From positions 126,046,001 through 126,110,000 of the forward strand of contig OZ024743.1 in NCBI GenBank assembly GCA_964016885.1: a stretch of DNA of 64,000 nt. Reading direction: 5' to 3'. Below the pieces are notes generated by a model. That model was not told the DNA's origin, made no database searches, and saw only the letters and a program-made list of their open reading frames with translations. This document shows positions 1 to 12,974 of the stretch, one piece after another; position 1 is the first letter of the stretch; every line of letters begins with the position of its first letter. Both the position numbers and the translations under genes were made by a program. The DNA is from Eledone cirrhosa. Its lineage: Eukaryota.

Positions 1-400
1 AGACCCGCCTTGCCTAAGTACAAAGCAAAACCTACAGTCAGTAGGCACCTCCAACAAAAATACACCCCCCGTCCCACTACCCCCACCCATCCACACCACC
101 CCCTTCAATGTAAAGTTATGTTGGTACCACAACATCCAGTCCGAAATAAATGAGGTCGTGTAGGTGTCACGACAAAAAAAACACACAGTCCACGCTGTAA
201 TGTAGTGGTGTAGGTAACACGGTAAAAACCTCCCAGTCCACACTGTAAACGTGGTTGGTGATAGGAAGGGCATCCAGCCGTAGAAAAACCGTCAGACAGT
301 CCTATACGAGCAAGACAACCAATCTTGCCTCACGTGGGAAAATTCCCGTCCAAACCCATGCAAGCGTGGAAGATGGACGTTAAACGATGATGATGATGAT
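1..400 (+). mobile_element. 3' end of the same RTE LINE family
   Basis: AGACCCGCCTTGCCTAA matches the ORF end of the copy at 4618. Same 3' UTR core (ggaagggcatccagc, gacgttaaacg) and (TGA)n tail at ~386-400. Confidence 0.85.
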
Positions 401-2009
401 ACACACACACACATTTACACACATAAACCTATTTAAACATTTTAATATTTGATAAATCCATGGTATAAAATTGAAGCTATTGTATAGAATATTCTGGAAT
501 TGTATCGTACACTAGTACAGTAGTACAGTAGTGTAGTAGTATACTAGTCCATAATGGAGAGCCTACGGTGTTTTTTTAATGAAGTGGTAACAAGAAAGAC
601 ATCTGTTATTAAGGTGTGCTAAGATAGTAACTATAGCTAGACAGTAGGACAATGGCGTGTATGTTTACTACCTATGGTTATATAATACTAGATGATATGT
701 AGATATATGTGTGTCATCTTCCTTCCGATAGTTATCTCTCAGAATTCTGTCTTGAGAGGTATGAATGACCACCACTGAAATAATTTAGTTTTTAGTGTGT
801 GTGCTGGAAATTGAGAATGTATCAGTTACTAATTACTTCCTATCATTATATCCCATCATCGTCACCACCACCACCACCACCAGCAACACCCTTTTACGTT
901 GGTGCTTCTATGCTGTGTATTTTCTGTATGTACATGTGTGTATGTCTGTATATGTGTTTGTAATATCTAATAATGTAAATAAATATATACGTTATACATG
1001 TATATATATATGTGTGTGTGTGTGTGTGTATGTATGTGTGTATACATGTTTGTGTGTAATATCTGGATGCATATGTGTTTGTGTGGGTAATGTGTGTATG
1101 TGTGTGGTTGTTAGTGCATGTGTGTGTGTGTGTAATTTACATAATTATAGAGAAGGCAGAGTGGCACCAGAGGCAACAGTACCACATGCAGCAGTAGCGT
1201 AGTCAACACATGACAAGAGGTAAAGTTGTACATCAACCATAATAATATACTATGTGTGTTTCTATATTTATTTAGAATCTTTCAAATTTACACATACAAT
1301 GCATTTCCTACCTCAATTATGTCACTACATTAAGAAAACTGCTTTTCAATCACGAGGTCATGGTTTCTAACCCTACATTTTCCCTAATAGTTGTTTCTCC
1401 AAAGATACTCATACATTTAATTTGTCCATATATGCTGAACATTTATTTAATTATATGTTAGAAATAAATTATTAAAATATCATTCTTATCTTTCATCATT
1501 TCCATATGTCAGTAACCAACATAAGATATAGAGATTATCATATGCAAACCATTACTTCATCAAAAAGCACGTTTCCCAGTTTGTATGATTGTTCATATAT
1601 CCGGTAATCCTGAGATATATGGCATACCAATCCTGGACTCTAACAATTAAATATGTTCAACACTACAACTATCATTATTGATGGCACAGGGCCACTAATA
1701 TATATAACTGATGGTGATATTGATAGTGTATTTGTTGACACACAAAGACATGCACATCACACAAACACACAGGATACGACTATCATTGAAACATCCAAGA
1801 AACCTCCTAAGAGATGAAACATCATAGTAGCTGACTAAACCTACACTGGTATGAGCTATAACAACACACATGCATGCACGCACACACCCTCATAAACTCA
1901 CATGCAAACACATACATAACACACATGAACTTGCATACTTATATGGGCATACATTTGCATATGTACAGGAATGTGCCTGTCACACGAAAATTGAAGAATT
2001 TGGTATTGG

Positions 2010-2160
2010 TGCAGGTATGCCTGTGTGGTTAAGGAGTTCACTTCACATCCACATGGCTTTGAGTTCAGTCCCACTGTGTGGCATCTTGAGAAAGTGTCTT
2101 CTATAACTTCAGGTTGACCAATGCTCTGTGAGTAGAATTTGGTAGATAGAAGCTATGCAA
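2010..2160 (+). mobile_element. Third SINE family (copies ~2745-2895, 20485-20600, 21020-21165, 35450-35590)
   Basis: Shared ggctgtgtggttaagaag...ttcagtcccactg...aagtgtcttct...tgtgagt.gaatttggtaga. Confidence 0.6.
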
Positions 2161-2509
2161 CCTTGTTGCATCCACACATTCGTGGACAATTGTCTTTTAC
2201 CATCACCTAAGATAGACACAAGCATTATAAGTAAAAACTGGAAACCTGTACACATAATTTGCTGGCCAAGCCAATGTCTCACATAGTGCCATGTTGATTC
2301 TGCCTCAGGATTAGGTTAAACATAGAAGTGTCTATGGAATAGCCAGCCTCTAACTCTATAATTCAATGAGTATTTAATCCAAATAACAAGAACAAATATT
2401 TGTTGGAAATGATGTGAGAATCTATTGTGGATGTACTATGCTTTAGAATTTCAATGTAGTCATATGCTTATAAATAAACCAAAATACTAATATGTGTCTA
2501 TTCCCTGGC

Positions 2510-2755
2510 ATAGCTGTGTAGGTGTAGGTATGGCTGTGCAGTTGTAGGTATGGCAGTGTAGATGTAGGCATGGCTGTGTAGTTGTAGGTATGGCAGTGGA
2601 GGTATATGTATGGCAGTGTAGTTTTAGGTGTGGCTGTGTATGGGTAGGTGTGGTTATGTAGGTGTAGGTATGGTTGTGTATGTAGGTATGTAGGTGTATG
2701 TATGGAAGTATATGTTTAGATGTAGGTATGATTATGTTGTAGACATGGCTGTGTG
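2510..2755 (+). repeat. ~20-bp minisatellite (gtaggtatggctgtgta..) running into a SINE head
   Basis: Roughly ten degenerate units visible. Confidence 0.75.
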
Positions 2756-4218
2756 GTTAAGAAGTTTACCTCACAACATTGTGGCTTCGGGTTCTATCTC
2801 ACTGCATGACACTTTGTGCAAATGTTTTTTACTGTAGCCTCCGGGTGACTCATGCATTGTCAGTGGAATTACATAGATAGAAAACTATACAAAGCCTCTT
2901 GTATATGTATATGTGTGTGTCTCTCTCTCTTTACAACACATTTGACATCACTATGTTGATGTTCCCCATAAACAGAAGTTCAGGATTCGGTGGTTAAATT
3001 TGTGAACATCCTTAACTTGCTTATAAAAAACATGAGGGTTGGCATCAGGAAGGTCATTGTGCTGTAGATTTCTGCATCAAGTAGTCTTGTTCAACCTATG
3101 CTAGCAAAATAAACAGGTATAAAAACTAAGATGATGATGATGATGAAGTTCAATTAAAAAGCGGAGACTAACATGAAAGTCCCAAAATAACCTGTCATTG
3201 AATATGACAAAATTGACATTTAGCACTGTTTAAAATTGAAGTCACTGATAAAATGCAGTACCAGTCTAGTACAGTGGATTGATGGAATTGTTAGAGTGTC
3301 AGATGTGTTGCCTTGCAATATTTCTTCCAGCCCTTTGAATTCTAGATAAAAATCCTGTTGTGGCTTACTTGGGTGAGTTACTCCATCACCTGGTTTATCA
3401 CCACAACCTGGCCCTTGGGTGTTTTTAGTAGAGTCCACTCTGTTGCAAGCTTTTGGGTCAGGTCTCCAATTTGATTATACCTTCTTCCTACTTACTTGGA
3501 TTTTGTATTCTTTTAGTGGAGTCCATTCTGGTGCAAGCATTCAAGTCAGGTTTACAGTTTGAGAATTCACTTTATCCTCCCATCCATTTTGGAAGCCTTG
3601 GAAAGGTTTAAAGGTGCTGGCCTTCCCTCCTTGAGTGAAATGTAAAAAAAAAATAAGAACAAAAATTTAATAACAGTGAAAGATGTTTAGAATGTTGTGT
3701 TGTATGTTTGACCTTCATCAGTTCCAATGATGAGTGCCCCAGTTGTTACGATCAGTGGAACAGTCAGCTTGTGAAATCAACAAGTAAGTGGCTGAGTATT
3801 TTGTAGATACAGGCACCCTTATTATACTTCTCAAGGATATTCAACATCACATGGTGTGTGACAAAGCTGGCTCTTTAAATTGCAGGTACCACTCATTTCT
3901 GCCAGCTGAGTTGACTAGCAATGTGATATAATTTGCCATTCTTAGTAAAATGTGATTACCATGACATAAAACCTAATTTTCTTTATTGTGCCGAAGAATG
4001 TTTTGAGAATATTGTTTAAATTTTTTATAAAATAACTACTGTAAATTAAATGAAATATTATTAAAGGCTTTCTAAGGAGAATGTATTTTTATTACTTAAG
4101 AGAAATTTCTGTATACTAAGATTTTTTTCAATATGCTGACACGTATGTGTATATGTGTGTGCTTGTGCATACATTTATATTTAAGTGTATATAAATATAA
4201 ATGTACAAACACACATAC

Positions 4219-5500
4219 ATCATCATCATCATCATCATCAACGTTTAACGTCCGTGTTCCACGCTTGCATGGGTTTGGACGGGGGTAGTCCCACTTGAGG
4301 CAAGAGTGATTGTCTTGCTTGCATAGGACTGTCTGGCAGGTTTTCTACAGTTGGATGCCCTTCCTAACACCAACCACATTTACAGTGTGGGTCTGAGAGG
4401 TTTTTACCGTGTTGCCTACAAGGCCACATTACAGCGTGGACTGTATGTTTTTTTGTCGTGACACCTACACGATCTCATTTGTTTCGGCCTCGATGGCGCG
4501 GCACCAACATAACTTTACATAGAACGGGGTGGTGTGGATGGGGTGGGGGTGGTGGGGGTGGGACGGGGTGTATTTTGTTAGAGATGCCTACTGGCTGGAG
4601 TAGGTTTTACTATATATTTAGGTAAGGCGGGTCTTCTCTGTTACTGAGTACCGCCAAAGGTCTCGGTCCAGTGACATTGTCTTGGAGAGGTGTAAGTGTG
4701 TGATGTCGGAGTTTATCAGCTCGTCCCAGGTTTTTCTAGGTCTGCCTATTCCGTGACTACCGTCTATCTTTATTGCCCTGCACTTTGTTATACAGCTATC
4801 GACTTTCATGCGCATCACGTGTCCATCTGATCCCTCTTATCTCTAATTTTTTCCTTAGTTCGTTTATGCTTTGCCGTTCACGTATATTACTGTTACACAT
4901 CCAGCGGAGCATGCAAGCTTCGTTCCTCTCTAGTCTGCGTATATCCTCTGCACACAATGCCCAGGTCTCACTGCCATGCAGCATTGCTGTTCGTATGCAG
5001 GCATCGTACAACCTGCCTTTCATTTTTAGGGAGAACCCTTTAGCAGCTAATAGTGGTATAAGCTCTCTGAACTTTTTCCAACCAGTTCTGACTCTAGCTA
5101 CAGTACTTTCGGAGCACCCTCCCCCACTGATGATTTTATCGCCCAGGTAACGGAAGCTGTCCACTATTTCTATAGAACCCTCTGCGCAATTGAAAGAGCT
5201 AGTATTTTGTGGGCACTTGCTGCTACTTATTGCACCAGAACACCGGCCACATGTAAAATCTATGTTCTTAGTTAGCTTACCTGTGATCCCACTACATCTT
5301 TTATGCACCCATACTTTGCATTTAGGACATAAAATGGAGTTTCTACCTACGCCTTTCCTACACACCGAGCACGACCATTTCCCAGAAGGGACCGCCGCCT
5401 TGTTTTCTTTCCTACAAACTAGTACTTTGGTCTTAGCCAGGTTAATTTTAAGTCCTTTTGACTCTAGGCCGTGCTTCCATGTTTGGAATTTCTTCTCTAT
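4219..5500 (-). mobile_element. 5'-truncated RTE-clade LINE: RT C-terminus with PHD-like insert, 3' UTR and (TGA)n tail
   Basis: ORF 4796-5563 contains GLKINLAKTKV, FRYLG, MLHGSETW and MLRWMC. ORF 4618-4818 contains GRPRKTW and DRDLWR. (CAT)n tail at 4219-4240. Confidence 0.9.
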
Positions 5501-5740
5501 ACACTTACAAAAATACACACTCAAGCATACATTCATACAAACACATACACACATACACAGCATAACAAATGGAACGCCAGCTGCTATTTTGCTATAGTTT
5601 TTTCACCACCCCTTCCTTCCCTCCTTTTATACACATATACATTCGTGCAGGCAGCAGACAGAAAGAGAGAGGCAGTATGAAGTGAAAGTACTCCCCTCTC
5701 TTTACGTGTTGTGACAGAATCGCAGAAATTTATATATAGA
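5501..5740 (-). mobile_element. Related Helitron 5' portion, 3' end not found
   Basis: Minus strand begins TCTATATATAAATTTC immediately after the CTAG of the neighbouring element. Shares the internal motif ctatagttttt..cacc..ccttccttcc with it. Confidence 0.5.
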
Positions 5741-6004
5741 CTAGCTGGCCCTGTGCCATCGAAAATGACGGCTAATTGTAATATTTATACATAATGTAAA
5801 AAAAGAGTTGTTTGTTGATTGGTTCCTTCGTGTTCACTCTCACAAGTGATACAAACACACAAACACAGGTGTGATGAATCTTAGAACGCTGGACTTCTAT
5901 AGTTTTTCACCCCCTTCCTTCCTCAGTCGACGTAATCACCCCTTCCTTCCTCTGTCCTCTCTAGTTCATTATGGACAAATACACAAGGCTATTATATTAG
6001 TAGA
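5741..6004 (-). mobile_element. Mini non-autonomous Helitron
   Basis: Minus strand starts A|TCTACTAATATAATAG. Ends with hairpin GCCGTC-ATTTTC-GATGGC, a 10-nt spacer and CTAG|T. Confidence 0.7.
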
Positions 6005-6494
6005 TACTTGTGAATAAGTCATACAGTAGTCATGACTCACATAAAGCTTTCGAAAGGTCCAGTAGATAAGTCATATTCTGTTTTTTTACTTGTTTTCATT
6101 TGGAAAAAGGTGCAACTTATTCACAAGTATATATGGTATCTTCATCTCTACACTGGTTTAAATATCATAATTGATATTTACAATATGTGGTTGCTGTATC
6201 AAATCCTCTCCCAAAATGGAAATGGTATTCTTCTTAATTATAAGTATTTTTAATCAAATATTGTCTATCTGCTCTTAATATGCCATAACATTTTGCTTTC
6301 TATTTATCCAATCTCTTTCAAATTCACTAGTAGTTCATGTTTTTTCTTCAATAATCAAACTATAAAAATCTAAGGTAATACCAATCTTTCTCTGACTTTT
6401 AGCTGTGTCATCTTATTTCAAAGGTCATACTAATGCAGCCAGTTTTACAGTACAGCCCCTCATTTGATATTTGTTAAGCTAGAAGGTACCCATT

Positions 6495-6677
6495 TGGATT
6501 GGCAGTATCGGTAGAGGGTCGGACGCCATGCTTTCCAGCATAGTTACGTCCCTTTACGATCTGAGTTCAACTCCCACCGAGGTTGACTTTGCCTTTCATC
6601 CTTACGGGGTCGATAAAATAAAGTACCAGTAATGCACTGGGTAATTGCTGGCCTTGTGCCTAAAGTAGAAACAATTA
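6495..6677 (+). mobile_element. tRNA-derived SINE, young family (other copies 11107-11222, 16321-16433 minus, 27548-27722, 33032-33138 minus, 34174-34355, 45700-45840, 45865-46057)
   Basis: A-box-like TGGCAGTATCGG, B-box GAGTTCAAATCC, central gcctttcatccttacggggtcgataaa and short (ATT)n tail. Copies are near-identical. Confidence 0.85.
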
Positions 6678-7576
6678 TGTATAAAGCGTTAATCACACTA
6701 ACTTCACTCATCTTTTATTTTGTGTAGGAGGGCCCCAAAACCCATTCCTCTACTACCCCTTCCTTTCCAAATAAAATACATATAACAGTTTTGACTTTAA
6801 TGGTTTACCACCTCCCCCACTTTATTTTCTTTACCTCTAGTAGACCTTACACTGGTGCAATAAATAAGGCACCACACCAGCACATAGATTTTCAAAACTG
6901 AAAAAGAAAGAAAAAAAAAAAGCATTTGAAATCTGAAACTCTGGTCACAATGTTACAGAACAAATTTTCTTTCAATGAGCTTTATGTGTCATATTAACTT
7001 ATCTTGAATAATAAGCTTATGACCAGTCTCCATTTAAAACGTAAATGTAGATAAACAAATGAAACAGGAAACCAGTGGTGAGAAAATAATAATATGAATT
7101 AGCATAGTTTAGTCAATAAATTTATCATGGGACTTCTTTAATTCTCAAACTTCTGTTAATGTAAAGCTTTTACACACATGGAGTAATTTTAATGATAGAG
7201 AGCTTGTTACCTTATCAATTAATGTCAAATATTTTAAATGGAAATATCACAGTAATTCATAACTAATTTCTACAGATATGTAAAATAGCTTTTAGAAATA
7301 CTCTTGATACTTGTTTGTTGTGGTCTGCTATCATCAAAAGAATCCATCATCACCTCCACTACCACCACCACTGCCATCCACCTACTCCTCCTCCTTTCAA
7401 TTTTTCCATGCTGGCATGGAAAAATTTAAATTCCATCCCAATTAATTTTAAATGAAAGATGAATAGGATTATCCATTTGAGTTGAATGAAACTAGGTAAC
7501 ATAAATACTTGTAAGGAAATGTTATAATATTCCTTTCTGTATTTTCCTCTATTTCAGTGTTGGTGGCAGCCACGAC

Positions 7577-7686
7577 ATGAATATGAATGAAGAGAGTGAC
7601 AGTCAAGAATGGCTCTATGAATTATTGGCCGAAGTACAACTGGAACAATTTTATACCAAACTAAGAGATGATCTCCAGGTCACAAG
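7577..7686 (+). CDS. TNK2: ACK1/TNK2-like kinase, coding exon 1 (start of SAM domain)
   Basis: Translates MNMNEESDSQEWLYELLAEVQLEQFYTKLRDDLQVT(R), closely resembling the ACK1 N-terminus ([26 protein letters not shown]). Upstream polypyrimidine tract and AG acceptor at 7556-7557 imply an earlier non-coding exon. GT donor at 7687, phase 2. Not in the ORF track. Confidence 0.92.
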
Positions 7687-7807
7687 GTTGGTTCTTTTTG
7701 TAACTTTTTACATCCATAATAGCAAGGCCAAACAATAGTGGCAATTTATCAAATAACAACAAGTCAAATAACTATAATTAGAAAACAAAATTGGTATTTA
7801 GAATTAA

Positions 7808-8074
7808 CCCTTTTGTTAACACATTTCTAATGAAATATACTGCCTATTTGAAAGTAATAAAATATTTGAAGGGATTTGGTATATAACTTGGTGTTTGGAA
7901 CATGACTTAACAAAGGTTCATAAATCAAATTATGATGGAAGGTTTTTGTTTTTTTAGATAAATGTAAACCTTTGCTAGCAAGGAAAATAGATGTTAAATA
8001 ATGACACTGATGATAAACATTTAAGACAAATTAGTTTTATAACTTAGAACCAGGCTGTTTTGCTATCAAAAGGG
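7808..8074. mobile_element. piggyBac-like TTAA MITE (representative of more than 10 copies, e.g. 9014-9195, 9888-10112, 10117-10285, ~27243-27460, ~28675-28993, ~32847-33010, ~63438-63602)
   Basis: TTAA|CCCTTTT ... AAAAGGG|TTAA termini and a shared AT-rich interior (catatttctaatgaaa, ttagataaatataaac, atagaaccag). Confidence 0.7.
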
Positions 8075-8369
8075 TTAAATATAATTAATTTAAGTATGCA
8101 GTGCTAAGAAATTAATATTGGAAACATTTTAGGAATTAGAATATAACTCTTCACTTATTACTACTTTCTACAAATAATTATTTGTATTGGTATTTCAACA
8201 CCATTAGGAAGGTTCCATCTCACTTAAAAACTTTTATGTATTCATTTCATATTATTATTTATCATTATCACCACCAGTTTGATACAGACAGACAGAGAGA
8301 AAGAAGGAGAGAGAGAATAAGTACCAGACTTGAAAAAAATAGTTATTGGGTCAATATGATTAACTAAAA

Positions 8370-8560
8370 TCCATTTAAGGCAGTATCCCTACATGTTCTC
8401 AGTCTAATGACTAAATTTCCTCAAGACAATGCCCTAACATAGCCACAGTCTAATGACTGAAATTCCTTCAAGTTAGAGCCCCAGTATGGCCACTGTCTAA
8501 TGATTGAAATTCTTTCAAGGCAGTGTAGCAGCATGTCCGCAATCTAATGACTGAAACCAG
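8370..8560 (+). repeat. ~44-bp tandem repeat, 4 copies
   Basis: Unit resembles ttcaaggcagtgccccagcatggccacagtctaatgactgaaa. Confidence 0.75.
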
Positions 8561-10789
8561 TAACAGAATAAAAGAATATAGATTTAGGTGTTCTTTAGTT
8601 TTAATTAATTGTTGATATAAATCTATGAAGCAGGGACTGGTCATGTGTTCAAATGTTTACAACAACCATTCAGTTGCCCCAATCTGAGTCTGTCTGAATA
8701 AAAACAGGTTCTATTCCTACTTGAAAGTTGAGTACTTCCTGTGGCAACTGTAAAAACCACTTGGTCCAGCTATATGCAAATGTTCTAATTTGTGGAGATT
8801 GCTCTTCTCATGCAAGCACAAATGTTTTCAAAAATAAATAGAAAGCAAAAAATGAAGAGAAAATACTAGAAAATATTTTACTACTGAACAGCTGTTCTAC
8901 TATCATCATCATGTCCATTTTTCCATGCTGACATAGGTGAGATGAGATGTTTTGAGGCAGTTTTATGACTGGATGTCCTTCCAGATGCCTGCCAACCCTC
9001 ACTTGTCTTTTAACCCTTTTGTTACCTGCCTGGTCCAAACTGACTCTGGTACCAGTCATGTAAACAAAGTCATGTATTTTAAAGGGTCCCTGTTTAAATT
9101 TAAATCTCCCAACATAATTTACCATAAGGATCGTATATCAAGTTACTATTAATTGAAATAGAATGTATTTCATTAGAAATATGGTTACAAAAGGGTTAAG
9201 TAAGGTACCAATTATCACGTCTAAATGCTGAGCTGTGTTTATGTGAATCATAAACATAAATCATCATTTGTACTATCAATGTCAACTACAAAGAGACAGG
9301 AGACAAACACACACATACACAGAAATATCACTATATATAAAATGCACCTAGTGGGTGGCAATTAAACATTGATAAGAGAGAACACTTCAATTTTATCAAG
9401 CATGTAACAACCTCCTTAGTACTGGAGCCAAGATAAAATATACCCAGTATTCTTACTAAAGTGATTAATGTTAGGAAGGGCATCCACAGAACGTATGAAA
9501 ATCACTGCCTATGTATTTCAAAGAATTTTGAGGATTTAGTAATATAACTTTTTCGTTATTTAGCCAGCATTTGGGGTATGGATTAACAAAGGTTCTTACA
9601 TAAAATTATAAAATTATGATGAAAGATTTTAAAATAAATATATAACATTTAAAAACAAACTGTTTTGTATCATAGAACCCAGGGTGTTTTCAGATGATTT
9701 CATTTCAAAAGTGTTACTCCACTCATTGCAAACCTCTCTTCTCCTATATCTCACTCCCACAGGTACTGAACACTTATCTCTACCCCCCCCCCCCGAACCG
9801 TTTCCCTATGAAATTCCTTCCTTGCATTTGGTTTCCCTCCAATAACTAACATGCAACAAGTGTTGAAGCTGAACATTTTCACATTAACTCTTTGCTTCCA
9901 GCTGCCAAACCACTTAAAACCAGCCCTGCTTCTACAATAAAATATTTCATCATAATTTTATTTAAGAACCATTGTTAAGTTATGTTTCAAACACCAGCTT
10001 AATAATGAGATAGTTAGGTATATTACTAAATCTCTTGAAATTATTGATTATTTAAAAAAATATTGGAAAAGCATAGGCAGTGTCTGTCATTAGAAATACA
10101 GTAGTGAAAGGGTTAACTCTTTTCTTATCATATTTCTCATGAAAAGCACAACCTATGATTTTCAAATAATTTAGGAATTATAATGGAAAGTTTTTTAAAA
10201 ATAAATATAAACACTTTAAAACAGTTTTTTTAATCATAGAACCAGTGTGGTGGTGGTGGTTTCAGGAGAGTTGATATCAAAAGGGTTAAATTCATTTAGT
10301 CCAGCAAGTTCTTGAAATGGTTATAGAGTACTGTCTTTTTATGCTACAATGAAAAACAAATTAAAAAAAGGGTAATATATTTATTAAAAAATTGTTATAA
10401 AATCTGACAGTGTCATTATACTTGTGTAATAGTTTGTTATTCATTACAATTCATTTGATATGTGATTGTTTAAAAACAGATGCTTATTACACTTGTGACG
10501 CGTATTTTCAAAAGGATTTCACAGATATATATATTGTTTTGTCATTGTGTGATTGTTGTGTAGTTTGGGAAAATTATCTTGATAAATATTTTTTAAAAAT
10601 CGAGCAAGAACAAAACAATGATGTAACCAAAATAGTTTTCCATCTTTTCCTTCTCCATGATGATATACTGTATATACTCATAGATAAGTTGTAGTTTGTA
10701 CTAAAATAAATATCAGTCCACATGCAACTTATTTACCATACCATGCTCTGGGTATGAATGCATGTATGTGTGTGTATGTATTGGGCCTC

Positions 10790-12430
10790 CGTCAGTTGCA
10801 ACAATGAGTTTTCTCACTCGCACACTACATCCAATTCTTCTTATGCCAAGTTTTTTTCTCAGCTTGCTGCTGCTGTGCCATTCATGCACACTAATGTTAC
10901 ACATCCATCAGAGCATACTCACTTCAATTCCTTCTAGACTCCACAGGTCTTTCACAGTCAAGGCCCATGGTTCACTGTCATGTAGCATTACAGTATGCAC
11001 AGAGGCATTGTACAGTCTACTTTTCACTCTGAGAGAGAAGCTCTTTGTTGTCAGCAGAAGAACCAGCTCCCTAAACTTCTATCATTATTATCATCGTCAT
11101 TATCATCTGAGTTCAAATCCCGCCGAGGTTGACTTTGCCTTTCATCCTTACGGGGTCGATAAAATAAAGTACCAGTAATGCACTGGATAATTGCTGGCCT
11201 TGTGCCTAAAGTAGAAACAATTATTATCATCGTCATTTTTGACGTCCACTTTTCCTGCTCGCAAGGGTTGGACAGGTTCATACAGACCAAGTCAGTACTG
11301 AAACAGAGCCACTGATCTCCCAGGCAGGCCAGGGATATGTGTCTCACTTATGTACGGTCTCACATTCCATCGATTGCTCAGGAGAGGTTGTTGTGCCTTT
11401 GACATGACTGAAGAGTCCTCCTGACCCTTTGTCTAGCAAGCTTTCTACAGCTGGATCCCTTCCTATCACCAGCCACTTTACAGCATATACTGGCTGCATT
11501 TATCATGTAGATCAGTAACACTAGGGAGGCTATCATGTCCATGGCATGATTGAATGGTCCCCCCCCCCTCAACCTTTTATTTGCTTAGCAAGCTCTCCAT
11601 GTCTGGAAGCCCTTCCTATCACCAACCACTTCAGATGGGGGGAGGTTCAGCTGTTAGGAATGTGTGTGGGGGGTTTGTGTTAAATAATTGTTCCTACTTT
11701 TGGCACAGGCCAGCAATTAAATCAGTGTATTACTGGTGAAGTTGAGAATAGCTGTTATGGAGTGCTAGTGGAAGTGGGAAGTAGATCAGGTCACATTGTA
11801 TGCTACAGGCTGGGTCTTCTTCAGCACTGCATAGCGCCAGCCTTTGCAGGCTTTAGCCATTTCTGTTGTAAGGTTGGTCTTTACAACTTCATCCCATGTC
11901 TTCCTGGGTCTGCTTCTTCTGCAGGTCCCAGCTATTGGGGTTTCTCTGCATTTTTTTTATGCAGCTGCTATCTTTCATGCACATCTCATGGCCATGCTAA
12001 CACAGTCTTCTCTCTTGCACATGACAACCAATTTGACTTATGCCAAGTTTTCAGTTTGCGTATGTTATGTTGCTCATGCATACTAACATTGCCATCCATC
12101 TGAGCATACTCAGCTCATCTTTTTCTAGCCTCTGCAGGTCTTCTGCAGTCAAGGCCCATGTTTCACAGTCATGGTTCACACACAGGCACCATATAATCTA
12201 CCCTTCACTCTGAGAAAAAAGCAATTTGTTGTTATAGAGCATGAGACTCTGTCAAAGGCTCTAGATCTACAAATGCTAGGTACAGTGGTTTACACTTAGC
12301 TACATACCTCTCCTGTAGTTGTTTCACCAGAAAGAGAGCATTAGTAGTACCATTACTTGGCATAAATCCGAACTGCATCTCATCTAACTCAATTCTGTCC
12401 CTGATTAGTTGTGATAAAACCCTTTCAGCA
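10790..12430 (-). mobile_element. Cluster of old RTE fragments with nested SINEs
   Basis: KLRKKLGIRRI at ~10830-10860, DEMQFGFMP..GTTNA at ~12340-12390, and 3' UTR cores. Confidence 0.6.
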
Positions 12431-12838
12431 AATTTCTATAGGAATATTGGCATTGCAAACGAATACACGTTGATGATATCACATGTGAAAACAAAATTAA
12501 CTTGCACATGTGTGAAACATATAAGCATAGTTTTCTATCTGTCTTGGCAGTGCTACTGAGGAGCATTGCCAGTTCAAGATAAACTCTAGAGGCATGGAAG
12601 TGCCATCAGCCGAGTCTGTTCAAGATGCGTGTAGAGCAACAAAACTGTCCTGCATGCACGTCTTGAGTGTCTGAGTATTGCTGACAAGTTTGATATAGAG
12701 TTAACTCCACAACAAATCAATAAACCATACTTGAGAACATACATTTCACCTGAAGGATTCTTCTACATGTGTAGAGTTGAAGAACCCTTTGGGTGAAACA
12801 CGTATTCTGAAGTATGGTTTGTCAGTTTGTTGTGGAAC

Positions 12839-12882
<44 letters not shown>

Positions 12883-12974
12883 TTCTCAAGTGGGGAAAAG
12901 TGGATGTAAAATAATGATGGTGATGGTGATGATGATGATGATGTGATGATGATGATGATGATGATGAACAACAA

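Noticed and set aside
795-1202. 135-aa Cys/Val-rich ORF and similar YI/CV/HT-repeat ORFs across the window
   Set aside because: Translations of (TG)n, (TA)n and (CA)n microsatellites.
3705-3725. CTGATGAAG on the minus strand
   Set aside because: No helix II or GAAA; chance-level match.
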